NCBI GenBank assembly: GCA_963751455.1
Contig: CAVVUN010000015.1
Coordinates: forward strand, 1,312,001-1,376,000
DNA: 64,000 bases
Reading direction: 5' to 3'
Origin: Nitrospirota bacterium
Lineage (GTDB): Bacteria > Nitrospirota > UBA9217
Within the stretch, counting starts at the first letter, position 1. Each line of letters starts with the position of its first letter. Shown here in pieces: positions 40,157-51,101 of this stretch. The notes below the pieces were generated by a model that was given only the letters and a program-made list of their open reading frames with translations, ran no database searches and was not told the DNA's origin. The position numbers and the translations under genes are program-made.

Positions 40157-40534
40157 ATGAACGAACTGGTACCCATTTTCAAAGCATTGTCCGATGAAAC
40201 AAGGCTTCGGATCATCAAGCTGCTGGAACAAGGCGAACTATGCGTTTGCGACATTACGGCCGCGCTCGACATTGTGCAGCCGAAAGTGTCTTTTCACTTA
40301 AGTACCCTGAAAGAGGCCGGATTTATCAAGGACCGCAAACAGGGCAAGTGGATACATTATAGCCTGGCAGACAAGGACTTGTTCAAAAGAATGCTGCTGC
40401 TGTCAGTCTGCGAAATGGCCGACGGGGCACTTGTGGCGGAAGACCGGAAACGCCTCGCGCGTTTTCTCAAGATAAAAACCACCGGCGCCGGTTTTGTTTC
40501 CAAAAAAGACAAGGCGTGCTCATGCGGGGTGTAA
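40157..40534 (+). CDS. arsR: ArsR/SmtB family transcriptional repressor
   Basis: [25 protein letters not shown]. Confidence 0.92.
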   Translation: MNELVPIFKALSDETRLRIIKLLEQGELCVCDITAALDIVQPKVSFHLSTLKEAGFIKDRKQGKWIHYSLADKDLFKRMLLLSVCEMADGALVAEDRKRLARFLKIKTTGAGFVSKKDKACSCGV

Positions 40535-40576
40535 CGGTGAAACAGCTTTTTTTCTGACAATGAAAAGAGGAGAGCT

Positions 40577-41656
40577 ATGACGGACCCGGGTAAAAAGAGG
40601 CTGTCTTTTATTGATCGCTATCTGACCTTATGGATCTTCAGCGCCATGGCTATAGGAGTCAGCCTGGGGTTTTTCATTCCGGGCACCGAAGCCTTTATTA
40701 ACCGCTTCCAGGCCGGCACGACGAACATTCCCATTGCAATCGGACTCATCCTCATGATGTACCCGCCTCTCGCCAAGGTAAAATATGAGGAACTCGGGGA
40801 AGTGTTCAGAAATAAAAAGGTGCTCGGCCTTTCGCTGCTTCAGAACTGGATCATCGGGCCGGTCCTGATGTTCCTGCTGGCAGTGGTCTTTCTTCGGGGC
40901 TATCCCGAGTACATGGTGGGCCTTATCATGATCGGTCTCGCCCGCTGCATCGCGATGGTCATCGTCTGGAACGAACTGGCATGCGGCGATTCCGAGTACG
41001 CGGCAGGCCTCGTTGCCTTCAATTCAGTATTTCAGGTCCTGTTTTTTTCGGTTTATGCTTATGTATTCATAACCGTACTGCCGTCCTGGTTCGGACTCAA
41101 GGGGGTTGTGGTCGACGTCACCATCGGTCAGATCGCGGAGAGCGTCTTTATCTATCTCGGCATCCCGTTTCTCGCGGGAATCCTGACGCGCTTCGGTCTG
41201 GTCAGGATCAAAGGCCGTCAGTGGTACGAAAAGAATTTTATACCGAAGATAAGCCCGCTGACGCTTGTCTTCCTGTTGTTTACGATCGTCGTGATGTTCT
41301 CTTTGAAAGGCAACTATATCGTCAGGCTTCCTTTCGATGTTATTCGTATAGCTGTCCCGCTGCTTATCTATTTTGTAGTCATGTTCCTGGTCTCTTTCTA
41401 TCTGGGCAGAAAGATAGGCGCGGACTACGCGAAGACCGCAACGCTTTCCTTCACTGCGGCAAGCAACAACTTCGAGCTTGCTATCGCGGTTGCCGTAGCT
41501 GTCTTCGGGATCAACTCAGGCACCGCGTTTGCGGCAGTCATCGGCCCGCTGGTCGAAGTGCCCGTGCTTATCGGGCTCGTGAATGTCGCCAGGTATTTTC
41601 AGAAAAAATACTTTTCTGTTGAATACTGCAGGATCAAAGGGGCAGAACTTCCATAA
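40577..41656 (+). CDS. acr3: ACR3 family arsenite efflux transporter
   Basis: [41 protein letters not shown]. Confidence 0.95.
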   Translation: MTDPGKKRLSFIDRYLTLWIFSAMAIGVSLGFFIPGTEAFINRFQAGTTNIPIAIGLILMMYPPLAKVKYEELGEVFRNKKVLGLSLLQNWIIGPVLMFLLAVVFLRGYPEYMVGLIMIGLARCIAMVIVWNELACGDSEYAAGLVAFNSVFQVLFFSVYAYVFITVLPSWFGLKGVVVDVTIGQIAESVFIYLGIPFLAGILTRFGLVRIKGRQWYEKNFIPKISPLTLVFLLFTIVVMFSLKGNYIVRLPFDVIRIAVPLLIYFVVMFLVSFYLGRKIGADYAKTATLSFTAASNNFELAIAVAVAVFGINSGTAFAAVIGPLVEVPVLIGLVNVARYFQKKYFSVEYCRIKGAELP

Positions 41657-41727
41657 GTACCTTGGATAGATTTGCGGGAAAAGGTTGATTTATTGAGAAA
41701 TACCCGAAAAAGTGTTATGCTTTTATT

Positions 41728-42162
41728 ATGAAGGATGATCGGCTTAAAGTGATGTTTCTCTGCACCGGAAATTCCTGCAGGTCGCAGATGGCAGAGGGGC
41801 TCGCGCGAGAACTCGGGAAGGAGCGCCTGGAGCCGCACAGCGCGGGGCTGATCCCTGCGGGGGTGCACCCGAGGGCCATTGCGGTAATGAACGAGCTCGG
41901 GATCGACATTACGGGCCAGAAATCAAAGCCGATCGACGAACGGCTTTTGAGGACCATGGACATTATCATAACGCTGTGCGACAATGCGCAGGAGGCGTGC
42001 CCCTGGACGCCGGCGGAAGTTAAGAAACTGCACTGGTCGATCAAGGACCCTGTCGGTACGAAGGGAAGGGAAGAAACGATCATGAAGGAATTTCGGCGCG
42101 CACGTGATGAAATTGCCGAAAAAATCAGGGTATTCCTCGCGGATAATGTTCAAGTGAAATGA
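41728..42162 (+). CDS. arsC: Thioredoxin-coupled arsenate reductase (LMW-PTP family)
   Basis: CTGNSCRSQMAEG, LCD.A.EACP, HW.I.DP. Confidence 0.92.
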   Translation: MKDDRLKVMFLCTGNSCRSQMAEGLARELGKERLEPHSAGLIPAGVHPRAIAVMNELGIDITGQKSKPIDERLLRTMDIIITLCDNAQEACPWTPAEVKKLHWSIKDPVGTKGREETIMKEFRRARDEIAEKIRVFLADNVQVK

Positions 42163-42169
42163 TGTTATG

Positions 42170-42550
42170 ACCTGAATCCCGCGACTTGTACTCGGCATAG
42201 ACCCGTTATAGTACCATCTCCCTGAGTAAGGCTTAGACCCTTTGTCGACCATCGCACTGAGAAACGTGCGACGGGAATCAATGACCGTAGAGACGGGAAT
42301 CAAGGGTGAAGCATAGACCCGTTATAGTACCATCTCCCTGAGAGACGGGAGACGGGAATCAAGGGTGAAGCATAGACCCGTTATAGTACCATCTCCCTGA
42401 GAGACGGGAGACGGGAATCAAGGGTGAAGCATAGACCCGTTATAGTACCATCTCCCTGAGAGACGGGAGACGGGAATCAAGGGTGAAGCATAGACCCGTT
42501 ATAGTACCATCTCCCTAGAGACGGGAGACGGGAATCAAGGACCGCATAAA
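42170..42550. repeat. MITE-like element (42170-42285) followed by about four tandem 59-bp units
   Basis: Unit gcatagacccgttatagtaccatctccctgagagacgggagacgggaatcaagggtgaa starts at 42311, 42370, 42429 and 42488 (last one variant); parent element also present inverted at about 56196-56355. Confidence 0.9.
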
Positions 42551-42645
42551 AAAACAGTTGCAATTGGCTGAATATGTTGGTATTATGCAATGTTTTTTGA
42601 AGTTCATATCGTTTGAGAAAGTACGCGGTTTGCAAGGAGGAAGTA

Positions 42646-42951
42646 ATGGTAAGTTTAACGGATAGCGCAGTAAACAAGTTCAAAGAAGTTGTACTGAAAC
42701 AGGGAACGAACGGCGACGGAGTTCGAATTTTCGCAGTTCCCGGCGGCTGAAGCCCCTCTCTGGCTATGGACATAGCCAAAACCGCCCAGCATGGCGATAC
42801 GACGCTTGAGATAAACGGGCTGAAGGTGTTCCTGGAAGAACGGGCAAAAGGCATGCTGCTGAACACAAGTATCGATTTTCATGAAGGGCAGGGTTTCGTG
42901 CTGACCGGTATGCAGCCAAGCTCATGCGGTTCCTCCTGCAGCACCTGCTAA
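42646..42951 (+). CDS. HesB/IscA-like selenoprotein (TGA 42748-42750 = Sec35)
   Basis: SD aaggagg; MVSLTDSAVNKFKEVVLKQGTNGDGVRIFAVPGG-U-SPSLAMDI...CGSSCSTC; TGA at the HesB GGC Cys position; hairpin downstream. Confidence 0.88.
42761..42778 (+). promoter_or_regulatory. Bacterial SECIS-like hairpin
   Basis: tggctat-ggac-atagcca perfect stem 10 nt after the TGA, G in the apical loop. Confidence 0.7.
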
Positions 42952-42973
42952 CCGGAAACCGATTGTATCCATG

Positions 42974-43010
42974 ACCGCTGTTCTCGAATTGAGAGCAGCG
43001 GTTTTTTTTT
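42974..43010 (+). terminator. Intrinsic terminator
   Basis: accgctgttctc-gaatt-gagagcagcggt followed by T9. Confidence 0.85.
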
Positions 43011-43049
43011 GCTCAAGAAAAAACAAGGATCATCCTGAAAAAAGCAGTT

Positions 43050-43330
43050 GGACACGGATAAAATCTGATCAACACGGATTTATAGGAAGTTACGAACAGT
43101 AATGGATTCACCCAAAAGGCGAGATGGCTTTTTGCTCTATCACATTGTTTTGATCCGCTGTTTCCGTGTTCATCCGTGTTCAAATGCCGTTTTTAGGATC
43201 ATGAACTTCCTGCCAGGAAGTGCAGCCTTTGTTTTAACGATTTTTCACGCACGGCAAAGCGCGGAACTGGTCACGCCCTACTCTCGCGCTGCGCACTTGA
43301 AGTCGTTGGGTGCAGGCGGGATTCAAGGGG
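43050..43330. repeat. Family A variant plus modular family C repeat
   Basis: ggacacggataaaatctgatcaacacggat...atccgctgtttccgtgttcatccgtgttc; cgccctactctcgcgctgcgcacttgaagtcgttgggtgcaggcgggattcaagg. Confidence 0.65.
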
Positions 43331-43360
43331 TTGTGGAACATCACAGGAAGTGGTGAGAAT

Positions 43361-43402
43361 AAAAAATCCGGCGGGAAGAGGGGGAGGGAACTCCCCGCCG
43401 GT
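43361..43402 (-). terminator. Intrinsic terminator of the ExtKL-like gene
   Basis: Minus strand ccggcggggag...cttcccgccgg followed by T tract. Confidence 0.7.
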
Positions 43403-43416
43403 ATGAATAGCGGCGT

Positions 43417-44727
43417 TTATACGCCGCCTTTTTCGATTGACACCTTCCTCGTAACTTTCTTCCAGGTGAAGGCGTCGCTGTCGGCGGTGCCGAAAGGAAG
43501 GTATATCAATTCAACATCTATTGTCATGTCGTTGTCGAGGATGGTCCTCGTTGTCTTGCCGTCCTTCTTCACTTCCTTCAAAGGGAAGGGGATGTCAAAT
43601 TTCTCGAATACTGTCCGGCCGGGCGGCAGGCCGTTGTCCCTGATGATGCCGCTCTTTTCATACGGTCCGCGTCCCATCTTGTCGCCCCGTCCGAGCTGCT
43701 GCGGGACAGGCATATATATCTTCGACTGCTTGAATAGTTCCTTTCCAGTACTGTCTTTCGCGGTCACTTCCAGGACCAGCCGGTTGGGTGTTGGTCAGCC
43801 ATCCGGTATGGAGTGACCGGTCCTGTTGATCATTTCGACCTTGACCAGGGCCTGCGGCACCATCGTGGTTCCGTTGCGCCACTGGTAACCCAGGGTTTCG
43901 ACCTTGAAATCCACAGCGGCGTTTGTCATGCCGGCATCACGGTAGCTCTGCATATTGTGGCCGAGGCCGCTCTTTTTCATATGGCATTCCTGGCATGTTT
44001 CCTGGCCGCCTTCCGCGCGATATGCCCAGAGATAGCTGCCGTAGAGCGTTCCGCACTGCGAGGGATTTTCAAGTTCGAAATTGGGGCCCAGGCCGTGGCA
44101 TTGGCCGCAGAGAATCGATTCGGACATGATCGGGCTTTTCTTCATGTTTGGATGCGCCGTGTCGGGATGGGCTCCGCCTTCTTTCGAGCCGTAAACCGTA
44201 TCCCTGGCCGGGAACCCGTCGACCCATTTATGGACGATCGCATTTCGCTGATGACAGACCAGGCAGTTGATGCTCACCTTGGAAAGTTTCGAGGCCGCTT
44301 TCTCACGCGCATCATCGCTCGCTTGAGAGTCCGCATAGACGTATGCATTCTTCACGATTTCGCGGGCCACATCGTCTGTCGCATCCGCCAGCTGGGGCAG
44401 ATGACATTTCATGCAGATCATGAGATGTTTGACCGTTACATCTTCAGGTTTTTTTACCCCTGAATACTGCCATCCCATGAGTCCGACCGCCACGGTAGTC
44501 TTAATGGTGGCTGCCGTTCTGCCGGTCCCGAATACAGAACGTGAATGGATTGATTTTTCCCAGTCCTTGTAGATGGCCTCATGGCACTGCTTGCACGCTG
44601 ATGAGTCGTACATCCCGGCCAGTTCGTCGATGGATGCCGCTTTCGCGCCTTCCAAAGCGTCCGCATGCCCAGGGGCAAAGGACAGCATCGATGCAGCCAG
44701 CAATGCTATATGCAGAACAATTTTCAC
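43417..44727 (-). CDS. ExtKL-family pentaheme c-type cytochrome selenoprotein (TGA 43795-43797 = Sec)
   Basis: ORFs 43795-44727 and 43417-43767 are one frame: GHSIPDG-U-PTPNRLVLEVTAKD; five CXXCH motifs; signal peptide; ggtcctggaagtgacc hairpin after the TGA. Confidence 0.88.
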
Positions 44728-45162
44728 AGACCCTCCTTTATAACTGATTGAAATTTTGCAAATAAAACAAGTATTAATTGAAGTTAATATAACTTATACT
44801 AATTGTAAATTTATATAGTAGGCAAAAAAATAACGCTATTGCGTAGAATGATTAATTAATGTGCTCTTATGCGTGTCCTGTTTTGGAATGGGTACGCGCT
44901 TTTTTTAATTTGAATTGTGTGGACAGATTATTTAAGGCTGCAACTGCTTGAATTACCGGGGGCTTATAAGACGGATGAGATAAGGCGATAGCAGGTGAGA
45001 TGTGCACTGATGATACTGGCCGGTCTTTATGGGCAACTGGTTTCATGGGACTTCCTCCTGGAGAGGTACATTCGGGGCGTGAAAGCGCAACTTTATTAAG
45101 TGTAATAATTCCAGCTTTAGATGTCAATCAAAAAATTAATTATTTTTATTGGGAAAACATAA

Positions 45163-46406
45163 TTAAGCAGATGCATGTTTCTTTAACAGGAGTGAGGCAT
45201 TCAAGCCGCCGAAGCCCAGGGAATTGGAAATAGCCGCCCGTACACGCTGTTTCCGCGCCGAATTCGGAACATAATCGAGGTCGCATTCGGGGTCGTTTGC
45301 TTCATAATTAATGGTCGGAGGAATGATGTCCTCTCTGAGAGCAAGGGCGGTTATCGCCGTTTCAACGGCGCCTGCAGCGCCAAGCATGTGGCCGAGCATG
45401 GATTTGGATGAAGAGACGGCGAGCCGGCGGGCATGCTTCCCGAACGTTTTTTTAAGCGCCAGCGTCTCTACCCGGTCATTCAGTACCGTAGCTGTCCCGT
45501 GTGCGTTGATGTAGTCGATCTCTTCAGGTTTCATGCCTGCATCCGAAAGAGCGAGCGCCATGGCGCGGCTCGGGCCGTCAGCAGCCGGGTCCGGCATCGT
45601 ATAATGGTAGGCGTCCGAGCACAGGCCGTATCCGGCAAGCTCGGCGTATATCTTTGCCCCCCTTTTTCCGCGTGCCGCAGCTCTTCGATTATGACCACCG
45701 CTGCGCCCTCGGACAGCACGAAACCGTCGCGGTCGCGGTCGAACGGCCTGCTCGCTTTTTCCGGATCGTTGTTCCGATGAGAGACGGCCTTAGCCTGGCA
45801 GAAGCCTGCCAGGACAAGCGGCGTAAGCGCGGCCTCGGACGCACCCGCGATCATTATGTCAGCATCGCCCCGCTGGATGATCTTCATCGCCTCGCCGATT
45901 GCATGCGTGCCTGTCGCGCACGCTGTGGATACATCCATGCACGGTCCTTTTGCGCCCAGCTTCATGGATATGTAACCGGAAGCCATATTTACGAGCGACA
46001 TCGGCGTGTAGAAGGGCGAGACAGCCCGGGGCCCTTTCTTCAGGAGCAGAGCCATGTTTTTTTCGGAAGTAACAACACCGCCCCGGCCCGACCCGACCAG
46101 GACCCCGGTCCTTACGGAAGAAGCCGGAGTCAGCGAAACGCCTGCGTCTTCCATGGCCATCAATGCGCACGCTACCGCATACTGGATAAAGGGATCGGTC
46201 CTGCTGACTTCCTTCGGAGAGAGATAGCAAAGAGCGTCGAATCCCCGGACCTCCCCCGCGATGCGGCTCGAAAAAGGGGAGGCGTCGAAGCGGGATATCG
46301 GAGCGATCCCGGAGCGGCCGCTGACAATATCGGCCCACGTGGACTCAATATTGTTTCCGAGCGGCGTCAGCGCGCCCATGCCGGTAATGACCACGCGCTT
46401 TTTCAT
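45163..46406 (-). CDS. fabF: Beta-ketoacyl-ACP synthase II (one frameshift near 45662)
   Basis: [49 protein letters not shown]; adding one A in the A-run restores [10 protein letters not shown]. Confidence 0.9.
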
Positions 46407-46646
46407 TCGAAAAGCCGCCTCGCGGCCGCTCGAGGATGAAGCTCCCTCCACGCTGGATGCAGTGCTGGATGCAGTTCATGACTATTCATGCATGCAGTAT
46501 AAATTTATTGCTGTTCATTGTCAAAAAATGATTCTCCGCGGGATTTATCCCTTTCTCGTATCCTATCCGGTTTGTACATTGCCGCTTTTTGTGCTATATT
46601 TTACCATAACATATGGAATTAAATTTATGAGGAAGGGAGTTGAGCT

Positions 46647-47561
46647 ATGAAAAAATCTGATCTGCTGACTATGGTCGTAATTGAACTCAAAGCCCTCGCC
46701 AAAAAGATGAATGTTACTTTGCCTACACGCGCAAAGAAAGCTGATATTGTTGATGTATTGTTAAATGCCTCAAAAACAAAAAAGGAGACCACGCAGGCAA
46801 AGAAAGCCTCTCCCAAAAATAGTCATACGTCAGCGTTGAAGAAGAAACCGGCAAAAAAAGAGACAACAAAACCGCTGGAACCGAAACGGATTCCAATCGA
46901 TAAAAAACCCGCTGTACCGGCCGGGGAATGGAAATTCCCACCGACGATCGAAGAACCTCTCCTGGCCCAGGAGCGCGTTGCCGATGCCAAATATTACACC
47001 GGTCCTGCCCGGGACGACCGGGCGAAGAAGCAGTATGACGATCTGCCGTTCGGCTATGGTGAAGATAAAATCACGCTGATGATCAAAGACCCCCATCTCG
47101 TTTATTCATACTGGGAGCTGTCGTCCGAGCGGATTCAGCGGGAAAAAGCCTGGTTCGGCTGGGACAGCAAGCTTACGGTGCGCATCTACGATGTGACCGG
47201 CGTCCAGTTCGACGGACGGAACGCAGTGGGGTATTTTGACCAGGAGGTAATGGAGCGGATCGGCAGCTGGTATTTCGATGTGGGGCGGCCGTCGCATTCC
47301 TTCGTTTCAGACATCGGTTTGCTTTCACCCGAAGGAAAATACCTTACCCTGTCGAGGTCGAATTATATCATAACGCCCAGGGAGGGAGTTTCCGAAGAAC
47401 TCGATAACGAATGGATGCTCGGTGATGAGGAATTCTGGAAATTGTACGGCTTTCCGGGCGGCGCTTCATCGGCGCAGATCCAGGAAATGATCCGGCTCAG
47501 GCGCATGCAGCAGGTTACCTCGCCGGGCTCGACCGTGAGGGAACGCGCAAGAAGGAAGTAA
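46647..47561 (+). CDS. DUF4912-domain protein with Rho-N-like N-terminus
   Basis: ELKALAK...KKADIV; LP.GYGED.I.LM.KDP...YSYWE; RIYDVT; SRSN.I.TP. Confidence 0.85.
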   Translation: MKKSDLLTMVVIELKALAKKMNVTLPTRAKKADIVDVLLNASKTKKETTQAKKASPKNSHTSALKKKPAKKETTKPLEPKRIPIDKKPAVPAGEWKFPPTIEEPLLAQERVADAKYYTGPARDDRAKKQYDDLPFGYGEDKITLMIKDPHLVYSYWELSSERIQREKAWFGWDSKLTVRIYDVTGVQFDGRNAVGYFDQEVMERIGSWYFDVGRPSHSFVSDIGLLSPEGKYLTLSRSNYIITPREGVSEELDNEWMLGDEEFWKLYGFPGGASSAQIQEMIRLRRMQQVTSPGSTVRERARRK

Positions 47562-47629
47562 CAACGGTCATCAAAGGAGTCATGCAAGAAAGTCCATCCA
47601 TTTTGGATGGACTTTTATTTTGTAACAGG

Positions 47630-47850
47630 ATCCGCAGATAACCGCCCTGCACACCCTATTCTTGCGCTGAGCACACCCTATACTCGCGGTTCAACTCGTA
47701 ATCACCGGGTGCAGGCTCGAAGGCATCGGATGCAGGCTCGCGGGGCCACTCGTCAGCGCCGGGTGCAGGCGGATTTTGCAGATAATTAAACCGGTATTCC
47801 AGCTTGTAAAATCTGTGTCAATCTCGTAATCTGCGGATTGCCTAATCTGC
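47630..47850. repeat. Family A repeat with family C modules nested inside
   Basis: atccgcagat-ccgccctgcacaccctattcttgcgctgagcac...ctcgaaggcatcggatgcaggctcgcg...gtgcaggcgg-attttgcagat...aatctgcggat. Confidence 0.7.
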
Positions 47851-47890
47851 GATTTTTCTTGATGCCGTGAGAGGAAGCACGTGAACATAT

Positions 47891-49468
47891 ATGGATAAAG
47901 GCTATCTTGCACTCGTGCTCCATAGTCACCTGCCGTTTGTAAGACACCCGGAACACGATCAGTTTCTCAAGGAAGACTGGCTGTACGAAGCCATCACTGA
48001 AACCTACATCCCTATCCTCAACATCTTCGAAGGACTCGTGAAGGACGGAATCGACTTCCGCATCACCATGAGTCTGTCGCCCAGCCTGATCGCAATGCTC
48101 GTTGACCCCCTGCTGCAGGAACGGTACGTCGGGCACATCACCAGACTCGTCGAGCTGTCGGAAAAAGAGGTGGAGCGGACCGCAAACCAGCCCGATTTCA
48201 ACGCCTCGGCCCGCATGTACCGGGAATTGTTCGGGAACGCGCGGTCAATGTTCGAAGAGCAATACGGCCGCAACCTTGTGGCCGCCTTCAGGAAATTCCA
48301 GGACCTCGGCAAGGTAGAGCTTGTCACTTCTTCGGCCACGCATGCGTTCCTGCCGCTCATGCAGAACGACAAGGCCGTCCGCGCCCAGATCTTGATTGCC
48401 GTGGAGCAGCACAAAAAGCATCTCGGCCGCGCGCCGAAGGGCATCTGGCTTCCGGAGTGCGGCTATTACGAGGGGCTCGACGAGATTCTGAAAGACGCGG
48501 GCATATCGTTTTTCTTTACGGACGCGCATGCCGTGTTTCACGCTTCGCCGCGGCCCAAATACGGCGTGTACGCGCCGGTCTATTGTCCGTCCGGAGTGGC
48601 TGCTTTCGGCAGGGACATTGAATCGTCAAAGCAGGTATGGAGTTCGCTCGAAGGATATCCCGGGGATTTCAATTACCGGGAATTTTATCGCGACATAGGA
48701 TTCGATCTCGACTACGAATACGTAAAGCCGTATCTCCATGACGGGATGCGGGCGAACATCGGAATCAAATATTATAAAATCACGGGCACAACCGACCGGA
48801 AGGAGCCGTACATCCGCAAAGCCGCCCAGGACAGGGCCGCTGAACACGCCGCGGATTTTCTGGTTCACCGCCAGAAACAGGCGGAGTGGCTGTCGGAGCT
48901 TTTTCAGGACCGGAAACCGCTCATCGTTGCCCCGTATGATTCCGAGCTCTACGGACACTGGTGGTTCGAAGGCCCGGACTGGATCAATTTCCTGATCAGA
49001 AAAATGGCGTGCGACCAGGACCTTGTCCGGCTTACAACGCCCGGGGAATACCTGGCCGAAAACCCCAAATGCCAGGTGACCAGGCCTTCCATGTCAAGCT
49101 GGGGCCAGAAGGGCTACTCAGAAGTCTGGCTTGACGACTCGAACGACTGGATTTACCGGCACCTGCATAAGGCCGCGGACCGCATGATCGAGCTTGCAGC
49201 CTCATATCCACATGCCGACGGGGTCCGCTTGCGCGCCCTCAACCAGGCAGCGAGGGAACTGCTCCTGGCGCAAAGCTCGGACTGGGCCTTTATCCTCAAA
49301 ACAGGCAGCCACGTCGAATACGCAACCAGGAGGACCAAAGACCATATCCTCCGCTTTACCAGGCTGTACGACACCATCAAAGGAAATCATATTGACGAAG
49401 CATGGCTCCGCACTATAGAATGTAAAGACACAATTTTTCCTGATATCGATTATCGCGTTTATGCTTAA
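47891..49468 (+). CDS. GH57/DUF1957 1,4-alpha-glucan branching enzyme
   Basis: LVLHSHLPFV, ETYIP, GIWLPECGY, PYDSELYGHWWFEG, LAQSSDWAF. Confidence 0.92.
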   Translation: MDKGYLALVLHSHLPFVRHPEHDQFLKEDWLYEAITETYIPILNIFEGLVKDGIDFRITMSLSPSLIAMLVDPLLQERYVGHITRLVELSEKEVERTANQPDFNASARMYRELFGNARSMFEEQYGRNLVAAFRKFQDLGKVELVTSSATHAFLPLMQNDKAVRAQILIAVEQHKKHLGRAPKGIWLPECGYYEGLDEILKDAGISFFFTDAHAVFHASPRPKYGVYAPVYCPSGVAAFGRDIESSKQVWSSLEGYPGDFNYREFYRDIGFDLDYEYVKPYLHDGMRANIGIKYYKITGTTDRKEPYIRKAAQDRAAEHAADFLVHRQKQAEWLSELFQDRKPLIVAPYDSELYGHWWFEGPDWINFLIRKMACDQDLVRLTTPGEYLAENPKCQVTRPSMSSWGQKGYSEVWLDDSNDWIYRHLHKAADRMIELAASYPHADGVRLRALNQAARELLLAQSSDWAFILKTGSHVEYATRRTKDHILRFTRLYDTIKGNHIDEAWLRTIECKDTIFPDIDYRVYA

Positions 49469-50860
49469 GCCGGCTGTCGTCAAAAAACTTAAATCCATCG
49501 TCGGTTCCGACAACCTGTACACCGCACCCGAGGAACTTCTGGTCTATTCCTACGATGCCACGCGCAGGGAATCCCTGCCCTGGGCCGTGGCGCGCCCAGC
49601 CTCAGCCGATGAGATCTCGAAGATACTGGTACTGGCAAACCAGGAGCTTTTCCCCGTAGTGCCGCGCGGAGCAGGCACGGGCATGTCAGGCGGGTCCGTG
49701 CCGATCGCCGGCGGGCTCGTTCTCTCGCTCGAGCGCATGAACAGGATCCTTGAAATCGACGAACAGGACCTCATCGCTGTGGTCGAGCCGGGTGTTGTAA
49801 CCGGTGATCTGCAGCGCGAGGTGGAATCCCGGGGCCTGTTCTATCCGCCGGACCCTGCGAGCAGCAAATTCTGCACGATCGGCGGCAACGTCGCGGAATG
49901 CGCGGGCGGACTCCGGGCCGCAAAGTACGGCGTTACCAGGGACTATGTGCTTGGGCTGGACGTGGTGATGCCTGACGGAGAATTCATCAAAACCGGCGCC
50001 CGGACGCTCAAGACCGTGGCCGGCTACGATCTCACGAGGCTCATAGTAGGTTCCGAGGGAACCCTGGGCATCGCCACCCGTATCATCCTGAGATTGCTGC
50101 CGCTGCCTGAAACAGTGCGCACGCTCTCTGCTTTTTTCAAGACAGCCGGAAACGCGGCTTCCGCGTCTGCGGACATCATCCGGAACCGGATCATCCCGCG
50201 GGCCATGGAATTCGTGGACAAAGAGGCGCTTCGGGCCGTGGAGAATTATTTAAAGGAAGACATCAGCAACGGCGCGTCTGCTCTGCTGCTGGTTGAGGTG
50301 GACGGACCCGCGGAAGCGGCCAGCCGGGAGATTTTGCGCGTGGAAGAGGTCGTGAGGCAGGCGGGCGCGGTGCGAATCGAGAAGGCCGAGACCGAAGAGC
50401 ACCGCCAGCGGCTCTGGAAGGCGCGCCGCTCGATTTCGCCGGCGCTGTACGCGATCAAGCCGAGAAAAATCAACGAAGACATTGTTGTCCCGCGAAGCAG
50501 GCTTCCGAGGATACTGGAAGCGATCGGGAAGATTGCCGACCGGCACAAGCTGCTTATCGTAAACTTCGGGCATGCGGGCGACGGAAACATCCATACGAAC
50601 ATCATGCTTGACGAAGGCGACCAGGCAAAGGCAGAGGCAGAGGAGGCGGTGCGCGAATCTTCCAGGCAGTGCTGGACCTTGAAGGAAGCATCTCCGGAGA
50701 ACACGGGATCGGGCTTTCCAAAGCGCCGTACCTGGAAATGGAATTGGGGGCAGGGGAGATCCGGACGATGAAGAGGATCAAACAGGCGCTGGATCCGAAT
50801 AATATCCTGAATCCGGGAAAGATATTTCCGGAAATGAAATCCGAAGCTCGAAATCAATAA
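49461..50860 (+). CDS. glcD: FAD-linked oxidase, GlcD/D-lactate dehydrogenase-like (one frameshift near 50657)
   Basis: PRGAGTG, YPPDP.S, GYDLTRL.VGSEGTLG, GHAGDGNIH, and in the second frame SGEHGIG...LDP.NILNPGK. Confidence 0.85.
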
Positions 50861-50868
50861 AGATTTTT

Positions 50869-51088
50869 ATCCGCAGATTACGCCGATTTTGCAGATTGAA
50901 GCCGAGATTAATCAAGCTTTAAAATCTGCGCTTATCTGCGAAATCTGCGGATAAAAGTTAGATAATGCCTATCAACCTCCAAAGCATAGGAACTGTATTT
51001 GCTATTATACAAATTTCGCCGATTGAAGATTAAACCAACGCCTAAACAAGCTTTTAAAAATCTGCGCTTATCTGCGAAATCTGCGGAT
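50869..51088. repeat. Two family A repeats with a duplicated gene start between them
   Basis: 50913-51009 is a near copy of 51047-51146 (repeat arm plus the first 15 codons of the L,D-transpeptidase gene). Confidence 0.8.
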
Positions 51089-51101
51089 AAAAGTTAAAAT
51101 A

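Noticed and set aside
42311-42540. CRISPR array
   Set aside because: Units are identical end to end with no unique spacers, and there are no cas genes in the window.
44867-45233. Small ORFs in the region upstream of the ExtKL-like gene
   Set aside because: No motifs, no clear SD and conflicting strands; treated as non-coding.
45655-45670. fabF pseudogene or phase variation
   Set aside because: One base is missing in an A/G homopolymer run and all catalytic motifs are intact, consistent with a homopolymer error.
50650-50665. glcD-like gene split into two genes
   Set aside because: One missing A (gaa-atc-ttc) rejoins the frames; same error pattern as the other two frameshifts.
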